The position numbers and the translations under genes were made by a program. A stretch of DNA of 63,814 nt, the filler included, from Octopus bimaculoides (lineage: Eukaryota), in the NCBI RefSeq assembly GCF_001194135.2. It is 5 parts of 5 records of this genome, joined end to end, with 100 filler letters (N's around TTAATTAATTAA, not from the genome) between each part and the next. Parts side by side here need not be neighbours in the genome. Positions count along the whole stretch, not along the records: positions 1 to 25,323 come from NC_068985.1; 4 more parts are not named here. One strand, given 5' to 3'. Shown here piece by piece: positions 1-11,379 of this stretch. Numbering within the stretch: the stretch's first letter is position 1; each line of letters opens with the position of its first letter. The notes under the pieces are model-generated. The model did not search any database and was not told the DNA's origin. It saw only the letters and a list, made by a program, of their open reading frames with translations.

Positions 1-284
1 TTTCTTCTAGCATCTGATGCCTCGGGAAATGCTCGTCAAAAGAACAAGACAAGCGTTTCAAAATTATGTTTCTCGACATTTTTCAAATGTCGAGAAGGAA
101 ATTTTTGTATTTTGCTAGGGCCGAAACTGCCCCTGGGGGCCAATTCCTGCCCTTGAAAGCACACAAAAATGAAGCCTAGGTGCTTCGCAACAAAATTATT
201 AAAAAATTCCAACAAAATGTGGACAATAAAAGGTCAAATAAACGTTTACCTTCGCAGCCGATGTGACAGCACGTCCGTGAGAAG

Positions 285-354
<70 letters not shown>
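285..354. repeat. (GATA)n microsatellite
   Basis: Perfect GATA run; explains the spurious LSIY ORF 246..476. Confidence 0.97.
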
Positions 355-355
<1 letters not shown>

Positions 356-419
356 GTGAGAAGAGTATATTTTGTAACGAGAGGATATCTTTGATATATG
401 TGTGTTTTTTTGTTTGAGT

Positions 420-600
420 CCCAGGACTCAGTAGCCGATTACTCGGTTTCCATGGCGTATAAGTGGCCGAAATCACATTACCTACGAAGGGGTCGTCAGG
501 TTGCCCATTTACGGCTGAGTGAACTGGAGAAACGTGAAATGAAGTGCTTTACTCAAAAACAACGCCCTTACCAAGGGTTCGCGTGCTTTCACATTTCTTG
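420..600 (-). mobile_element. Diverged SINE fragment related to family E
   Basis: GCTGAGTGAACTGGAGAAACGTGAAATGAAGTGCTTTACTCAA matches the segment in copies at 38560-38610 and 38930-38980. Confidence 0.65.
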
Positions 601-644
601 AATGTCCCCATTTAAGAAATAATGCTGAAAATCTGATTTTTTTT

Positions 645-904
645 CTTTTATCTCCAATTTGTTGCAGTCATTTGATTGCAGCCATGCCGAAGCATTGCTT
701 CGAAGGATTTTAATCGGGAAAATCGACCCCAGAACTAATTTTTAGTCTGGCACTTATTCTATTGGTCTCTTTTACCGAACCACTAAGTTACAAGGACGTT
801 AGCAGACTCAGATCGGCTGCCAAGCGGTGGGTAAGGAAAATGAACATAGACGCAAAGACACAACACACTCGCACACACGCACACACACACGCACACACAC
901 GCAA

Positions 905-958
<54 letters not shown>

Positions 959-1050
959 CACTACTCGACGACTTTTCGAAAACTTTCTACCAAATTTACT
1001 TACAAAGCCTTAATCGGCCAGGGTTAAAAGCAGAAGACATATTGCACGGC
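645..1050 (-). mobile_element. SINE family B copy with internal (CA)n
   Basis: Motifs CAGTCATTTGATTGCAGCCATG, ATCGACCCCAG, TATTCTATTGGTCTCTTTTACCGAACCACTAAGTTAC and an internal (CA)n are shared with copies at 29645 and 47905. Confidence 0.8.
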
Positions 1051-2095
1051 GATGTGAGAAGGCTATGATGAGGGCGTGTTTTAGAATTGGTGTTGAATAG
1101 CGGATTCACGATGATCGAAATTCAAAGTTATTTGTGCTTTTCTAAACTGCAATAATCATAAACTCAGTTTAGTTGGATTATGTGTTGCTATGCATAATGT
1201 GTGGATGTTAATGTTTTTAGGTGTATTTTAGTTGTTTATTTCATTTTCTCTTCCTCAACACTCCGTTGGCTAAAGCTGAAAGATGTGATAGCAATAATCG
1301 TCAAATTCGATGTAATTTCAAAAGAGATTGTAAAGACAGTTCTTGTAAACTTTGATATCGGTAGTGGAATTTCCACTCGCATGGTTGATTATCAGAATCA
1401 TACTATTGATACAAGAGGCAATAAGGCAGATACAGAAACAAAATTTTAACAATTAATTTCCTGGAATAGCTTTGATTTATAAAATAAAGTTCGTACCGGA
1501 CGGATTGTGTTCAAAAGCCAAACGAAGATCATAGCACAAACTTTGCTAAAGTTGTTTGTGATATAACAGTCCAAGTTTATTTCCTAAGAAGTTTAAAATT
1601 TTCGACCCGTGTTTACATTATGCTGGACTGAAACTATGTGATAAATAGGATATTCTAGTCGTAGTAATTCATAAGTAATAAGTAACAATGCGTTTTTTGC
1701 TAACCATCGCGCGAATTAGATAGTGTTGTGTAAGAAAGCTATCAAATGACAAATAGAGAGTGAGTGAAGCAAAAGGAAACAAAACTGAGTTCGAAATCAG
1801 TTGGCGATGTATTCCAACCGACCTAAAGCTGTCTTTAATAGAATGATCAAGAGTAATGCTGGGCAGATCCTCTGAGTGCCAGACAGGCTTTTGTAACATC
1901 AACCTTATTGTCACAAAGACTGTTTCTTAGCCATGTGAGTTATCATATATTTATTAAAATTCATGGTCCTCTAATTCCAATCTGGAAAATAGAGGACTAT
2001 GCAAACGTAAGGCTCAGGTTTCATTCTTCAGCAAATGATACACAAATACAAAGCGCTAATTACTACAATCTCATTATTGATCCAGTTTGGAAAAC

Positions 2096-2177
2096 GTGTT
2101 GCAAATTTCTCCAAGGTAAACCTAATTCAATTTAAGAAATAATTTATTTAAGTTTACCTGGGAGAAATTTGCAACAC
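2096..2177. repeat. Short inverted repeat (~30-bp arms), possible mini-MITE
   Basis: GTGTTGCAAATTTCTCCAAGGTAAAC (2096-2121) vs reverse complement of 2152-2177: 25/26 identical, AT-rich loop. Confidence 0.85.
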
Positions 2178-2984
2178 ATCATCGTTAGGTAGAACGGTAT
2201 CGTTAGGGTTAAAATATCGCTGGCATGCGTTGTATAGTATATACAGTATAGGGTTACGGGAAATTCAATTTGGCTGTCATGACTATAGCTTGTTACCAAA
2301 ATTGGAATATTGATAGATGAGACTTATGGCAAGGTAAGGCAGCCATTAATATTGTTGTCCTCGGTGTTGAGGATCGCTCCCAACAATCTGCTTCTTTCCT
2401 GAACTCCAAATTAGTCGTTTATTTTTTTACAAAATGTCAGTTCATTCACAACGCAGCAATATAGGCTCAGCGTAATCGTAATTTTGCTCACCTTTTAAGT
2501 AATACTCTTAAACATAGATCATTAAACCTTCTTTGTTAGCTCTATATTACTGTACACACACATACACGCACGCACACACGCACACACGTTTACTTGTCAT
2601 AGCACATACACATGCAAAAAACTGCTACATTCTACAATTGCTATTTCTTATTGCTACTCATCTGTTAGATTCACTTTCACATTAAACACCCACACAAACA
2701 CAAACACGCGCAAATATACTACAATCATACGCAAAAACCCCTAATGTACAAACACGCTACTCGCAACTCACACCCACGCACACACACACATAAAAGCATA
2801 TATATATATACATTCCATACACACACACACATAAAAGCATATATATATATACATTCCATACACACACACACACACACATACACGAGTATCCTCCTCTCTC
2901 TCACACATGCATAATGGCCATTTTTGAACTCTCCTGCCTTCAAAGAAAAACATATTCCATCAGCCTTGTAACGACACGTGCATT

Positions 2985-3180
2985 TCTCCGGACTAATTGC
3001 TTCTTACCCCCTTTTCCTCTTCTCTGGACTTTTTTCTAATTCCGATGAAGAGCCATGCTCGAAACGTCATTTCCAATACTATTTTCCATCTAAAATTTTC
3101 ACTGAGCGTCAATCTAATATATACATTATGTACGTTTAGCTGATTTTGTTGGTTTTCCTGTTTTTTATTTTTCATTTGCC
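2985..3180 (+). mobile_element. Penelope pLTR-like repeat with degenerate minimal hammerhead motif
   Basis: CCGATGA-A-GAGC-CAT-GCTC-GAA-ACGT-C at 3042-3068. Confidence 0.5.
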
Positions 3181-3221
3181 TATATATATGTGTGTGTGTG
3201 AATGCCTCTCTCTATATATAT

Positions 3222-3408
3222 GTAGATCGCTAGCTACTACACATTCTTTAGTTTCTCTCCTTGTTTCTTTCTGTGTTTCTTTTTATGGAAGAGCGTAGGC
3301 TCGAAACGTTAAAGACTTTTTCATTTCCCGAGCGTTAAACTAATACATCTGTTTGTTGTCTACACCACCTGTCTTCGTCTTTTGTTTTTTGTGAATTCTC
3401 CCCCTATA
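3222..3408 (+). mobile_element. Related Penelope pLTR-like repeat with degenerate hammerhead motif
   Basis: GAGC-GTAG-GCTC-GAA-ACGT-T-AAAGAC at 3291-3316; also shares a downstream GAGCGT..AA.CTAATA motif with the 2985 element. Confidence 0.5.
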
Positions 3409-4499
3409 AATATAAGTATATGTATTTATGTATATCTGTGTACGGGTGTATGTATATATGTGTGTATGTACATATCTCAGGCGAGACATATAAAATATTT
3501 ATTCAGTAAAAAAAATTGCGTTCTAAACAACGGTCTTTCTGTATTTATATAGAACCAGCGCAGTGCGAATCGCAATGAGTTTTCGCAGAGAAAATAACGA
3601 ATTTGGTGGTCAATATATGAACTAAGTATAGAATTTATTTAAACTTTTGGGAAAATGATGTCGACAAATATGTCTTGGTAGTTTTTATATCAAAACAATG
3701 AACAAAACTTAGCCGTACCATTTTTAGGTGGAACCATGGGATGTAACTAACTATCATCGATATTTTATAAGTAAGCATGTACATTGACATAGTGCCTATT
3801 GTTGAGCATTTCATATGTGTAAAACATAATCTTAAGTCTGTATTATCTGTTTGCTTCCTGTAAACATTTCCGAAAGGAAAGAAATGAAATGTTTATTCAA
3901 TAATATGCAACTGTATTTCGATCCGCCTCTGAGCTGAAAAACTTTCTTTAAATAACATCAATGGCACCAGTAATTCTGCAAAGATACGATGAGCTCATAA
4001 TGAGGTGGTTATGCCTAAGGGATACTAGCACATCTGATATACCACCATTCCCGTATTCACCTCCCACAAAAGCAAAATATAACAAAGCATAATACTAACA
4101 GATACTTACACACGCACACACACACGCATATATACACAAACATATACACATACACACATATGTATGTGTATATGCATGTATATATTATGTGTGTGCACTA
4201 ATATACATGTATGTATGTATGTATGTATGTATGTGTATATGTACGTATATTTATATATATGTGCATATAAAATACATATTTTCTAGTTCTATCTATCCGA
4301 GTATAAGAGTATAAATACATACATACATACACTCTACCCCATATATNNNNNNNNNNNNNNNNNNNNNNNNNNNNNNNNNNNNNNNNNNNNNNNNNNNNNN
4401 NNNNNNNNNNNNNNNNNNNNNNNNNNNNNNNNNNNNNNNNNNNNNNNNNNNNNNNNNNNNNNNNNNNNNNNNNNNNNNNNNNNNNNNNNNNNNNNNNNN

Positions 4500-4547
<48 letters not shown>

Positions 4548-4624
4548 CGTGTGTGTGTGTGTGCTTGTGTGTGTGCGCGTGTGCGCGTGTGCGTGTGTGT
4601 GTGCGTGTAATGAAGTTACATTCT

Positions 4625-5425
4625 TAAATACAGATTTGGTCAAACTTTAGAATCAATTTCAGGTTTTAATACGGCGAGAAATTGATTCTTACTGCTTCTG
4701 AACACTTATTAGGGGGATTTTGAACTATTTTGCAAGTAACACCAACTTTAGCTCTTCCAGCGACGGTGGTGGAGGGAATTAGACCCTCACTTAATGTTCT
4801 TAAATGCACCTAAAACATTCGATTCTATTCAGAGTTTGTGATTATGGGATCCAATCCAAGTCGTCTACTTCACGTCTGCGTTCTGCGTACCAATTTTGAA
4901 TGAGACTAGCCGTCTCAGTTGACACATTTTCGTCCTTGAAAATTGGTGTTATCCCCAGAGAAGAATGTTGATACCATAGGATGTACGTCTTCAACCAAAA
5001 AGGATCAGATAATCCTTGGCGTTATTTCAGCTATACAGAAAAACTAAAGGGCCGAGATAACTATGTGATAATTCTGCTCAACTCGTCATAGAGACACTCC
5101 CATGCTTCACAGTGAGAGCCAAACAGTTAGGGTTGAAGGTTTCTTTGGGCTGTCTCTTGACGTACAGTTGCTTCGAACTGGGAAAAAGGAAGATGGACTT
5201 TCATCAGAGATTGCATTGTTCCATTGAGTCATTCACTCCTGCTTATAGTCTACCCTGTTTTTTTCTGCTAATCAGTACTGATGGGGGACGGGAGAGGTTT
5301 AGAAATTACATACCTCTCAGAGTGTCCTAATCTATGGAGCAAACGTCGAATGGTTTTGTTTGACACAAATTTGGCAAAGAAGGATTTGACGATGTAGTCA
5401 CTTGTCGTTCAATGTTTTTTTTTCA
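4625..5425 (-). pseudogene. Tc1-family transposase, decayed (stops and frameshifts)
   Basis: Hand translation of the minus strand: VSNKTIRRLLHRLG..ISKPL, WNNAISDES (first D, 5197-5208), LTVKHGS, F-x-DEN region, LNRIE (4818-4832), PPPPSLEEL, ESISRRI. These match Tc1 HTH and DD34E motifs. Missed by the ORF track. Confidence 0.85.
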
Positions 5426-6009
5426 TCAAGTGTTTAAATATATATATATATATATACATTGAACGACAAGTGACTACATCGTCNNNNNNNNNNNNNNNNN
5501 NNNNNNNNNNNNNNNNNNNNNNNNNNNNNNNNNNNNNNNNNNNNNNNNNNNNNNNNNNNNNNNNNNNNNNNNNNNNNNNNNNNNNNNNNNNNNNNNNNNN
5601 NNNNNNNNNNNNNNNNNNNNNNNNNNNNNNNNNNNNNNNNNNNNNNNNNNNNNNNNNNNNNNNNNNNNNNNNNNNNNNNNNNNNNNNNNNNNNNNNNNNN
5701 NNNNNNNNNNNNNNNNNNNNNNNNNNNNNNNNNNNNNNNNNNNNNNNNNNNNNNNNNNNNNNNNNNNNNNNNNNNNNNNNNNNNNNNNNNNNNNNNNNNN
5801 NNNNNNNNNNNNNNNNNNNNNNNNNNNNNNNNNNNNNNNNNNNNNNNNNNNNNNNNNNNNNNNNNNNNNNNNNNNNNNNNNNNNNNNNNNNNNNNNNNNN
5901 NNNNNNNNNNNNNNNNNNNNNNNNNNNNNNNNNNNNNNNNNNNNNNNNNNNNNNNNNNNNNNNNNNNNNNNNNNNNNNNNNNNNNNNNNNNNNNNNNNNN
6001 ATATATAAC

Positions 6010-6425
6010 TGATATATAAATATATGCATGTATCGATACATATATGTACATACCTACATCTATATGTATCCATACATGCATATATGGGTACATGACATAA
6101 AAAAACGTAAAAAACAATGAGAAACGAGACATGAAACATAAAGAGTATACCCCTTCGTCAGTTGTTCCTGTTCCATCTACTCCGCGTTCCGAAGGCAAGG
6201 ACAATATGTGACTTCGTTGGAACAGTCCTTCCCGCAAAGCAAATTAAATAAAATTTGGAATGTTTTGCGGAGGGTGAAAGTGTTAAGAAGAACAGGACAG
6301 TGAGAACAAGACAGTAAAAACAAACGGTGAGGGCTGTTGAGTCAAGATGATAGAAAAATTATAATCAACGCTAAGTAGACGTGCACTAGGAGAAGAGACA
6401 GAAAAAACACGTATTTTCTTTAGGA
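6010..6425. mobile_element. Unclassified dispersed repeat (CATATATGGGTACA(T/G)GACA family)
   Basis: The same ~100-bp segment recurs at 42460-42650 and, more diverged, at 61600-61752. Confidence 0.6.
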
Positions 6426-7058
6426 ANNNNNNNNNNNNNNNNNNNNNNNNNNNNNNNNNNNNNNNNNNNNNNNNNNNNNNNNNNNNNNNNNNNNNNNNNN
6501 NNNNNNNNNNNNNNNNNNNNNNNNNNNNNNNNNNNNNNNNNNNNNNNNNNNNNNNNNNNNNNNNNNNNNNNNNNNNNNNNNNNNNNNNNNNNNNNNNNNN
6601 NNNNNNNNNNNNNNNNNNNNNNNNNNNNNNNNNNNNNNNNNNNNNNNNNNNNNNNNNNNNNNNNNNNNNNNNNNNNNNNNNNNNNNNNNNNNNNNNNNNN
6701 NNNNNNNNNNNNNNNNNNNNNNNNNNNNNNNNNNNNNNNNNNNNNNNNNNNNNNNNNNNNNNNNNNNNNNNNNNNNNNNNNNNNNNNNNNNNNNNNNNNN
6801 NNNNNNNNNNNNNNNNNNNNNNNNNNNNNNNNNNNNNNNNNNNNNNNNNNNNNNNNNNNNNNNNNNNNNNNNNNNNNNNNNNNNNNNNNNNNNNNNNNNN
6901 NNNNNNNNNNNNNNNNNNNNNNNNNNNNNNNNNNNNNNNNNNNNNNNNNNNNNNNNNNNNNNNNNNNNNNNNNNNNNNNNNNNNNNNNNNNNNNNNNNNN
7001 NNNNNNTATGTATGTATGTATGTATGTATGTATGTATGTATGTATGTATGTATGTATG

Positions 7059-7510
7059 TAGTAATGTTAATATGCCAACAAAATGTAGCAGTCCTATAAA
7101 GGGCGATGTTTTTGTTGTTTTAGCCCCAGGAAAACATCTTTTCCGGTTGGCTAGAGTTTGTGTCCGTATAGCATTTAAAAGGAAAGTCATCTCTCCAATC
7201 TCTAGCCTTACGTGATTTTCACAGGCCTAGGTTTCTGGATGTTATCCGTCCTCAGTTTGGGACACCACAAGCTAATGACGAAAGCCCTCTCCACTTGCAA
7301 ATACTATTTATTTTTTAACCGATACACAGTTGCTGATCTCGTATGGAGAAAAACAACTTCTTTTAAATCTCTGAGCGGGAGAAATATAGTAGCAGTACCG
7401 AATAGTAATGTTTATATGCCAACAGAATGTTGCAGTCCTACAAAGGACGATGTTATTGTTGTTTTAGCCCCAGGAAAACACCTCCAGTTGGCGATCAACA
7501 CAGTTTGTGT
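7059..7510 (-). mobile_element. Repeat with ~100-bp direct terminal repeats (period ~344 bp) and an internal hammerhead-like motif
   Basis: 7059-7162 is similar to 7403-7510. Minus strand 7262-7218 reads CAAA-CTGAGGA-cGGAT-AAC-ATCCa-GAA-ACCTAGG-CC-TGTG. Confidence 0.6.
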
Positions 7511-7529
7511 AAACATATTTATATAAACA

Positions 7530-7989
7530 TATAATATTTATTGCCAAACTAACGTGGCAGTCCATAGAAATAGGATGACTGCTGCTGTTGATTAGCTCAG
7601 AGAGGCGATCGCCTCTAGCTAGCTATATGATGCACGAACCTGCGTCCATAAACCTTCGGACAGGGGAGCTCATCAACTTCCCTTTGCTGGCTTGGCATCC
7701 GCAGATCAGTTTTGGGGTAGTTCCTCTTTATCAATGTGGAGCAGCCGATTCCAGAAGGGGTCGCTGATGACGTTTGTTCGAAGGTTTTGTATATATATAT
7801 TCAGTGAAATACATTCACTGATTTTCAAAAACGGAAGTTGATGACCTCCCCTGTTCGAAGGTTTATGGACGCAGGTTCGTGTGTCATATAGCTAGCTAGA
7901 GGCGATCGCCTCTCCTCTCGGAGCTAATCAACAACAGCATTCACCCTATTTCGATGGACTGCCACGTTAGTTTGGGCATAAATATTATA
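7530..7989. mobile_element. Foldback MITE with ~150-bp terminal inverted repeats
   Basis: 7530-7682 matches the reverse complement of 7833-7989 at high identity; TA at both ends; no coding capacity seen. Confidence 0.9.
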
Positions 7990-8059
7990 CTGCTGCTGCT
8001 GTATTATACTACTGCTGCTGTATCTCTCCTTTAGAGAGATTTAGAAATTATAACATTTC

Positions 8060-8095
<36 letters not shown>

Positions 8096-8535
8096 NNNNN
8101 NNNNNNNNNNNNNNNNNNNNNNNNNNNNNNNNNNNNNNNNNNNNNNNNNNNNNNNNNNNNNNNNNNNNNNNNNNNNNNNNNNNNNNNNNNNNNNNNNNNN
8201 NNNNNNNNNNNNNNNNNNNNNNNNNNNNNNNNNNNNNNNNNNNNNNNNNNNNNNNNNNNNNNNNNNNNNNNNNNNNNNNNNNNNNNNNNNNNNNNNNNNN
8301 NNNNNNNNNNNNNNNNNNNNNNNNNNNNNNNNNNNNNNNNNNNNNNNNNNNNNNNNNNNNNNNNNNNNNNNNNNNNNNNNNNNNNNNNNNNNNNNNNNNN
8401 NNNNNNNNNNNNNNNNNNNNNNNNNNNNNNNNNNNNNNNNNNNNNNNNNNNNNNNNNNNNNNNNNNNNNNNNNNNNNNNNNNNNNNNNNNNNNNNNNNNN
8501 NNNNNNNNNNNNNNNNNNNNNNNNNNNNNNNNNNN

Positions 8536-8574
<39 letters not shown>

Positions 8575-9879
8575 TGGAATAAACATAATACATACACATA
8601 TACACACGCACACAGACGCAGACACACACACGACCGCACACAATTAGTGTACTGTCATTTTTCTGTGATAACAAAATAATTTCAGACACACCCAATGGCT
8701 GCAGAAGATTAACAGCAACTGCCTGAAACCTTTAGGTATGACATTGTTCAGTTCTGATGGTACATTACGAAAGAGCTCTTCAATTCGCTATCAATAGATT
8801 TTGCAAAGAGCTATGGGCCTTTTAGTATCACTTCCACCACAGATTATTAATATTTGTATAAACGAAGGTTGTTGAATGCTTCCGTTACCTTGAAATTTCA
8901 TCTTTGCCGACACTTTCTCTAACGTAATTGCTGAGCACACCAGAAAAGCTTGCCAGTCGTTGTGTCTTAGAAAATAAACGTTTAACACGTATTTGTAATC
9001 ACATGCCTCCTATAGAGATGTAAAATATTGTCACTCTATTAAATATACGTAAAGCAACTTGAATGTTTTTAGATGGAGAGTCGACGATTGGTGACTGGCT
9101 TCAGACGAGAAGTCAAAATATTGGATAGACGCGGCTTAATCAGTGTTCGGCAAACGGTGTCAGCCAATGTTGCGATCATGGTGTTGCGGCTCAGCTTTCT
9201 GAGACTAAACATCACCCGCAAAGATATACCCTATCTACCTCACGAAGTACTCGGAGGAGCACTTTCTAAGGACCGTCGATGATCACTTCGGCTAAATAAT
9301 ACTAAGAGCAGATAATTTTTGTTCTGAACATGAAAGCTAACTTCATTATCCAAACGTCTAAGGCGAGAAAACAGTCCGAGGAAACTGATGATGTTCTGAT
9401 TTAGAACTTAGATGTGTCGTAGGACTCATAAGACCAGAGCTTTATCTGTTTGTAGGGTCTATAAGTGACTGACATTATAACGCTTCTCTCCGAACGGGCA
9501 GCAGGGTCGCTTCCCAGCTTATTGTTGGAACACATTTACAGCTGAGTGGACTGGAGCAACGTGAGATGAAGTGTTTTGCTTAAGCACACAAGTCACAAGC
9601 CGTTCAGGCTTACGATACTGACTGCAACACTCTAAACACATGGCCACGCGCCGACAGAAATATAGAATAAAATTTGCGGGTAAGGATATGTTTGTGCGTT
9701 GTGCAGTGAACATAAGACTTGAGTTTCAGGTCTGTCTTTAAACGTCACGCGAGGAGAATCCGATAGCATGTACTATAATCTTGTCAATTGCTTTAGGTGA
9801 ATATATATAGTTGTAAGCAAAGGCAACATATCGGCTTTCCACTCTTGACCCAGCATAACTTCCACCAGGAAGTGAGAGG

Positions 9880-10040
9880 TTGAAAGAGAGAGAGAGAGAT
9901 GTACCAGATGTTGGCTGATACATGTAATGATTGAGGAAATTGAAGCAATCCGAAATGATGTGCATTGCCCAAGGGCACAACGTATTTCCTGGAGCAGGAA
10001 TCAAACACACAACCCTATGATGACCCACCGAACGTACTGA
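9880..10040 (-). mobile_element. Diverged tRNA-headed SINE fragment
   Basis: Minus strand shows A-box-like TAGTCTAGTGG, B-box-like GTTTGATTCC and CORE-like CCCTTGGGCAA. Confidence 0.55.
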
Positions 10041-10124
10041 CCACTAGACTATGCACTTTTATGCCTTATGAAATAAGACTACGTGACGCTCGTTTAAAAG
10101 ACAACCGTACGTTCTTTCCCTCTC

Positions 10125-10490
10125 TATATATCTATATATCCATCTATCTGCCTCTCTCTCGCTCTCTCTCTATCTCTCTCTCGCTCTCTCTATCTCTCTC
10201 TCGCTCTCTCTATCTCTCTCTCGCCCTCACTATCTCTCTCTCGCTCTCTCTATCTCTCTCTCACTCTCTCTCTCTCTCTCGATCTCTCTATCTCTCTCAC
10301 GCTCTCTCGATCTCTCTCTCGCTCTCACTATCTCTCTCTCGCTCTCTTTATCTCTCTCACTCTCTCTATCTCTCTCTCTCGCTCTCTCTATCTCTCTCTC
10401 GCTCTCTTTATCTCTCTCTTCCTCTCTCCCCTGTCTCTTTTTGCTCTTAGTTTTTCTCTCTATCTCTCTCTTTCTCTCTCTCTCTCTATC
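10125..10490. repeat. Compound (TC)n with ~22-bp higher-order unit
   Basis: Recurrent GCTCTCTCTCTATCTCTCTCTC unit. Confidence 0.9.
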
Positions 10491-11024
10491 AATCTATTCG
10501 TCAATTTACTTTTCTTTCAGAGTAAATACCAGTCTTGAAATTTCAGTTTCCTTCCCCTCCCCAATGCCATAGAAATAAATATAAATGTCTAAATGTCAAA
10601 GATGAGTTGTTAATAAGATTATAATTGTTGGAACTGTTAACCTCAGGTTTAAAGACAACAGATCTTTCAATATGTACATCTACTCAATGTTTCAATGCCT
10701 TTGATCTCTGCTTATATCAGACGTCTTCCCCACAAGTCTGACGTATGCGTCGAATTAGTCACCTTTTATTTCTAGACGAAATATATTAGCGTTCTTATTC
10801 CCTGACGTTTAATTTCTTATTGGAATAGTCTACCTCTTTGTTTTTATTTCTCATCTCATGTAATTTCCGTTTACTTGAGACCAACAGAGCATCACATGAC
10901 CATATTTCTCTTCGGTCCATAAATCAGCACTTTCATTCTATGTAAGAAACCTAAACGTTGCAGTTTTATGAGTAAACTTATAGCCATATAAAATTTCAAT
11001 GCATTTTGAGTCATCTTAAAATTT

Positions 11025-11066
<42 letters not shown>

Positions 11067-11307
11067 ACACAGACACACACACACAGACACACACACACAG
11101 ACACACACTCACACACACACACACACACACACACNNNNNNNNNNNNNNNNNNNNNNNNNNNNNNNNNNNNNNNNNNNNNNNNNNNNNNNNNNNNNNNNNN
11201 NNNNNNNNNNNNNNNNNNNNNNNACATAATTTGCTCGTTCAGCGCATGAAACTCTTGGAACTTGAGTAATTTGTATAACTTTCCAGTCAAATAATAATAT
11301 TACTAAC

Positions 11308-11360
<53 letters not shown>

Positions 11361-11379
11361 TGATAATAATAATAACAAT

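Noticed and set aside
2180-2260. TTAGGG-like motifs (GTTAGGGTT, TAGGGTTAC)
   Set aside because: Only isolated single units; not an interstitial telomere array.
6130-6200. CTGACGA-A-G plus hairpin on the minus strand (similar CTGATGA-A-G at 61715-61745)
   Set aside because: In both copies the stem is followed by TATG rather than GAAA, and I could not build stems I or III in any permutation; at most a truncated relic.
7760-7815. CTGATGA inside the MITE spacer as a hammerhead core
   Set aside because: No stem II pairing between the core and the next GAAA.
9073-9282. 69-aa ORF after TTTTTAG in a GC-richer patch
   Set aside because: No recognisable motif and no clear donor; cannot support it as an exon.
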